In this document: positions 56,581-64,000 of the stretch, in pieces | Layout: each line of letters begins with the position of its first letter | How positions within the stretch are numbered: the first letter of the stretch is position 1 | From: the human T2T-CHM13v2.0 reference genome, Homo sapiens | Length of the DNA: 64,000 bases | NCBI RefSeq assembly: GCF_009914755.1 | Contig: NC_060926.1 | Strand: one strand, 5' to 3' | The notes under the pieces: model-generated | What the model saw: only the letters and a program-made list of their open reading frames with translations | Databases searched by the model: none | What the model was told of the DNA's origin: nothing | Position numbers and translations under genes: made by a program

Positions 56581-57599
56581 CCCCAAGCTATACATTTTAC
56601 AGAGTTCCAGGAGGGGAGCAACTTATTCAAGGTCACAAACCTGGTTATTGTCAGAAACAGAGCCAGAGCTCTGGCATTCAATGCCCAGGCCAGCATTGGT
56701 TTTTCCAAACACACTGGACAAGGAGTTCCTGCTGTGGTGGCTTTTGCTCTTTCTTTAGTAGAAAGTTGTTTTCTATATTTACTCATCTAGATGAGAAGAA
56801 CTAAAGGCTGGATACTTCTTTGATGTAGACCTTCCTATTTGTCACTAGTTTCCATCACACTTCAGAGTACTAGGGGAGACTGAGCTATTTCTGGGTGGTG
56901 TGGATCCCTATGGGGATCTGGTCAGCATGGGTGGCTCCCTGCTGCCTATGCAGGACAGGGCCCTTTACTCTGTACAGTCCAGTGACTCCCTGAATTCCAG
57001 CTGTTCTTCTAGAGAGCCCGTTCTAGTCCTCCTATGTTCTTTGCAGCAACTGCTCATTTGATTTAAATATTTTGGGGTGGTTTTCAATTTTAATTGTTCA
57101 TGCTAAAAGCACAGTCATTAAGAAAATTAATTGTACAAGGTTTTTTTGATTTTCCTGCTCTTGGGTTTTCTGCTGACCATTATCTCTCTGAAAGAAAGCA
57201 CCTGCCTCATCTTGTTCACAGTTGAATCCCTGGCCCTGAGCCCAGTGCCTGGCCTAGACTAGGCACAGATCTATTTATTAAGTGAATGATTGACTACTAT
57301 AATGCATTAATGTTACATTGGTAACTGAGGGGAAATTTTGTAAGGTGAAATTGCTCAGGTAAAATGAAGAATCCCTTAAGAAGTAACTGGGTTCAGTAGT
57401 CACTACTTCATGTTCAATAAACATTTATTTATGATCTGTTATATGCCAGTATTATGGAAGGTCCTGATAATTCAAAAGTGAAAAGCATTGTTTCTTCTAC
57501 TATGAAACTGTCAGACATGGTGATGGTGAATCTAGGGGTTAAATGGATCATTTTAACATTATGTGCTAAGGGTAGAGCCACAGACAGTGTTTGCGGAGC

Positions 57600-59720
57600 A
57601 GGAAAAGAATAAGAAGGGTCCGTGGGTGGCACGCAAATGGTCTGGGAAGGCTTCCAAGAGGAAAGGAGTTCTCAGCTGAATTTTGAAGAATGAATAGGAT
57701 TCACAAAAGTAAAGGAGGGTGAGGAGGGGTCTCTAGGCAGAGAGAACAGAGGGAACAGTATAGGACAAAGCATGGAAGTGTTAAGCATTATGTTTATGTT
57801 GGATCTAAAATGACTTTCATTAGATCCTATGTGAGTATGGGGTGGGGAGGGTGGGAGCTGAGGTCATGGAGTTAAGCAGGGCAAGGTCCAGGGGACTGTT
57901 TATGCATAGGCTTTACCATGCAGCCACTGAAGGGCCCTGGGACGGTGCAAATGCAGAGTCATTGGGCTGCATTTGTGATGGGAGACATCAGTATTGAGAT
58001 GATTTGAAGCCAGAGTTGAAGAGGGCCTGGCAGCTTGGAGACCACTTAGGAGGCTGATAAAATATCCAAAAGAGTGCTGATAGTCTCAACTTGGGAAGAG
58101 GCCATGGGGGAGCTCTCCTTCAAGCAATCATTTAAGAACTCTTTGCTGAGTACTGAACAAAGCTAGGTTCTGTGCCAGGCAGAGAGAACATGGTGGTGAA
58201 GAAAACAGCCACCCCCACTGCTCTGATGAAGCTTGAAGGCTGAAAGGAAGGCAGAGAATAATCAGATAATTCACTAATAAGATGTGTAATTATAGGGAAG
58301 ATGAAAGCGTGAAGGAAAGGAAAAATCTGAGCTCAAACAGACCAGGGCCTCGTGAGAAAGCAGTGGCTCAGGGAAAGCTTTCTGATAATAGTGATGCTGA
58401 TGGTCAGGAAGCATTATGTGGATGATGGAGTTGGGGAGATTTTTTTCCAGACTGAGGAAGTAGCAAATGTGAAGACCCTGGCACAAGAGGGAACTTGGAG
58501 TATCTGAAGAGTAGAAAGCAGGGCTAGAGTGATCCTGAATGAGAGAAATTATGGCAGGTGATGAGGTTGGGTAAGTAGTCGGGGGCCAAGATCAAGTAGG
58601 AACCAGCAATTCAGAGTAAGTAGTATGAATTTTATTCTAAGAACAATGACAAGCAGCCAGACAGATCAAAAGCAGGAGAGTAGCATGAGTTGATTTTCAT
58701 TTCTGAAACAGCAGACTGGCCGCTGTGCACAGAATGATCCATTCCAGGGTGGATCAGAAGTGCAGGTACAGAAGCGCAGGTAAGGCATGAAGGCACAGGT
58801 AACATGATGTCATTGAAGATGGAGAGATATGGATGGGTTCAAGGCACCTTAAGAGGTAAAACCCACAGATTTAGTGTTGGACTGAATATGGGGAGAAATA
58901 TGGCAAGGTCAAAAAAGTTAACCAGGCTTTTTGACATGCACTATTGACTGGATGGTGATGCTATTCAGTGAAGGAAAATGGCTCTGGAGGAAAACCAGAT
59001 TTAGGAGTGAGATCATGAGTTTGGTCATTGCTACGTTGAGTATGAGGTGCCTTTGGATGGTGGAGGTCCAGAGTAGGTCATGGCCTGTATGGGCATGGAG
59101 CTTAGAGGAAGGACTGGAGACATGACCTTCAAAGTCATTGGCCTTGAAATGATATTTGAAGTAGTGGGTGTGAATGAGATTGCTTAGGAAAATAATGGAA
59201 AATAGAAGGCTTAGAAGTGAAGAAAAAGACAGACTGAGAAATGAGGAGGCAAAAGTAGTTGAATTTGGTGATTGACAAGTTGAAGAAGGTGAAAGAAAAG
59301 CTGTTGCCTAGAATGGCTTCTGGATTTTACATGTGTGTGATCTAGTGGGTGATGATACATTAACAAGCTGGGGATAACTTTTGTTTGGGACATGCTGCAT
59401 TTAAATAGTTTGTGGAATGCACATTTATTATTGCCATCATAAAAGATATGTATTTTTGCATTTTTCTTAGCTCCTCTCTTACAACTTTTCCATATCCCAC
59501 TCCAAATATATAGGAGGAATACTGGAACTAAGTAGGTGATCGCTAAATTTTGGCAGACAAATGGGAGAGGAAAGAAGTAGAGAAAGACTGAGGGGCAGGG
59601 AGTCCAGGGAGTCAATACAGGGAGATAATGCTAAAGTTTGGTGGTAGGATGAAAGAGTTAGAATAATAGTAGAAGAGGACGGGATATAAAATAATATGGA
59701 AATGCAGAGTTGGAGGAGGA
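57600..59720 (-). mobile_element. L2 fragments
   Basis: Purine-rich antisense L2 text, e.g. ctaggttctgtgccaggcagagagaacatggtggtgaagaaaacag. Confidence 0.65.
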
Positions 59721-60363
59721 AGAGGAAAACTGAAGATATGATGAACCCTCACAGATCCCTCATCCAACTTTGACAATTATCAACTTCTGGATAGACTTTT
59801 TTCATCTTTACCTCTACCCATTCCCACCAGTTCCCAAGATTATTTTAAAGTAATTCAAAAACATGATATGTATTTTTCCATCTACATAACATTCTTATAA
59901 GGACAAAACTATAGAAATAGGAAACAGATTAATGGTTGCCATGGAACAGGAACTGCATGAGGGAGTTTTTTGAAGGTAAAACAAGAGGGTTACTATTTCT
60001 CTCAAGCTAGCACCTAAGCCAGGCCTTTGTCTATAGCCACTGCCTGCAAAGTGTTTTTGGATTATTAAGTATTGAGATTTTATTATAAAAGCTTATTAGT
60101 TTATATTATAAAGAATATAGTTTATGGTTTATACCAAAATATGGCCAAAATGAACTCTCTTGATAGCTCAGCTTCTAGCTTATTTTTTTTTTCTTTTTTG
60201 GCAATTCAGTTACTTCTGGTTGAAAATGTGTATTTATGGAGTGAGATTTTGACCAGAGCTTATTGATGGTCTGCTCTGTTGGGCTTCATGCTATTACATC
60301 AAAGTACTTGGGAATGTATCATACGTGATTCTAATGCAATTTCCTGTGGGTATGATTTCTTAG

Positions 60364-60438
60364 CAGAAAGAGCTGGATATGGAGGAAGTGTCCCTAAAAT
60401 CATTTATCCAAAAAATCATTCAATTGAAGTACAGCTTG
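60364..60438 (+). CDS. IL1RL2: IL1RL2 exon (TERAGYGGSVPKIIYPKNHSIEVQLG); gene continues beyond the window
   Basis: 75 nt; ttctTAG-CAG tandem acceptor and G|gtgagt donor; paralogous to IL1R1 16883-16948. Confidence 0.93.
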
Positions 60439-60950
60439 GTGAGTAAAATTATTGAAGCCATTGAAATCACCAGGGGAAGAGCTCATTATGTTTGCATATT
60501 CTGGTGAATATTTTGAATGTTAAGGATGAAGATAAATCCTATACACACCCAGTTTCCAGCTTTGGATATACGTGAGCTCATGGGGAGAGGAATCAAAATA
60601 AAACACCAGAGAGCCGAAGCATGGAAAAGTTGTGGTAGCAGAGAAGTCTGGCAATGAGGACTATGGGCCCAAAATGATTATTATAAATCTGTTTATGCAA
60701 AGGCAATGAAAATGCAAATAATTCTTCAGACAATACATAATATAATATAAAACTACTATTAAATAATGTTGACCAGGAGTTCTGGATTATATTACCTCAC
60801 AATGCAAGATATATTACAGGAGTGAAAAAAATTATGATGTTATATTCCTTAATCTATATGGAAAAGGATCAATAAGCATTGCCTCAATTTGTGATCTAAG
60901 TAGATAAAAAGGCATCAAATTACTTTTTAAATTAAAAAATAATCACTAGT

Positions 60951-64000
<3,050 letters not shown>

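Overview
Human (primate) genomic DNA from the IL-1 receptor cluster on chr2q, recognised from the translated exons. The + strand carries IL1R1 from non-coding exon 2 through the complete CDS and a ~3.1 kb 3'UTR. Its 10 coding exons (6011-25045) sum to 1710 nt = 569 aa + stop, with all splice phases consistent. About 7 kb downstream lie the CpG-island promoter and first six exons of the tandem paralogue IL1RL2 (IL-36 receptor), which runs off the window end. Introns and the intergenic gap are dense with Alu, L1M, L2, MIR, MaLR/ERVL LTR and hAT fossils. Repeat boundaries and subfamilies are approximate and from recall of consensus sequences. I see no new multi-gene system. The most interesting unexplained structures are small: (1) an IL1RL2 5'UTR module in which a strong-context 4-codon uORF stops inside a second AUG (AUGA overlap) that is in frame with the receptor and sits in a 9-bp hairpin; (2) a 164-nt non-repeat-looking retro-inserted 3' end with poly(A), ATTAAA and a 15-bp TSD in IL1R1 intron 7; (3) a sense THE1 LTR 80 bp upstream of IL1R1 exon 2, which carries a uORF and begins with an AG|GT recursive-splice-like junction; (4) candidate intronic-polyadenylation routes to soluble or TIR-less IL1R1; (5) inverted Alus bracketing the IL1RL2 Ig1 exon. 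All functional readings of these are hypotheses.
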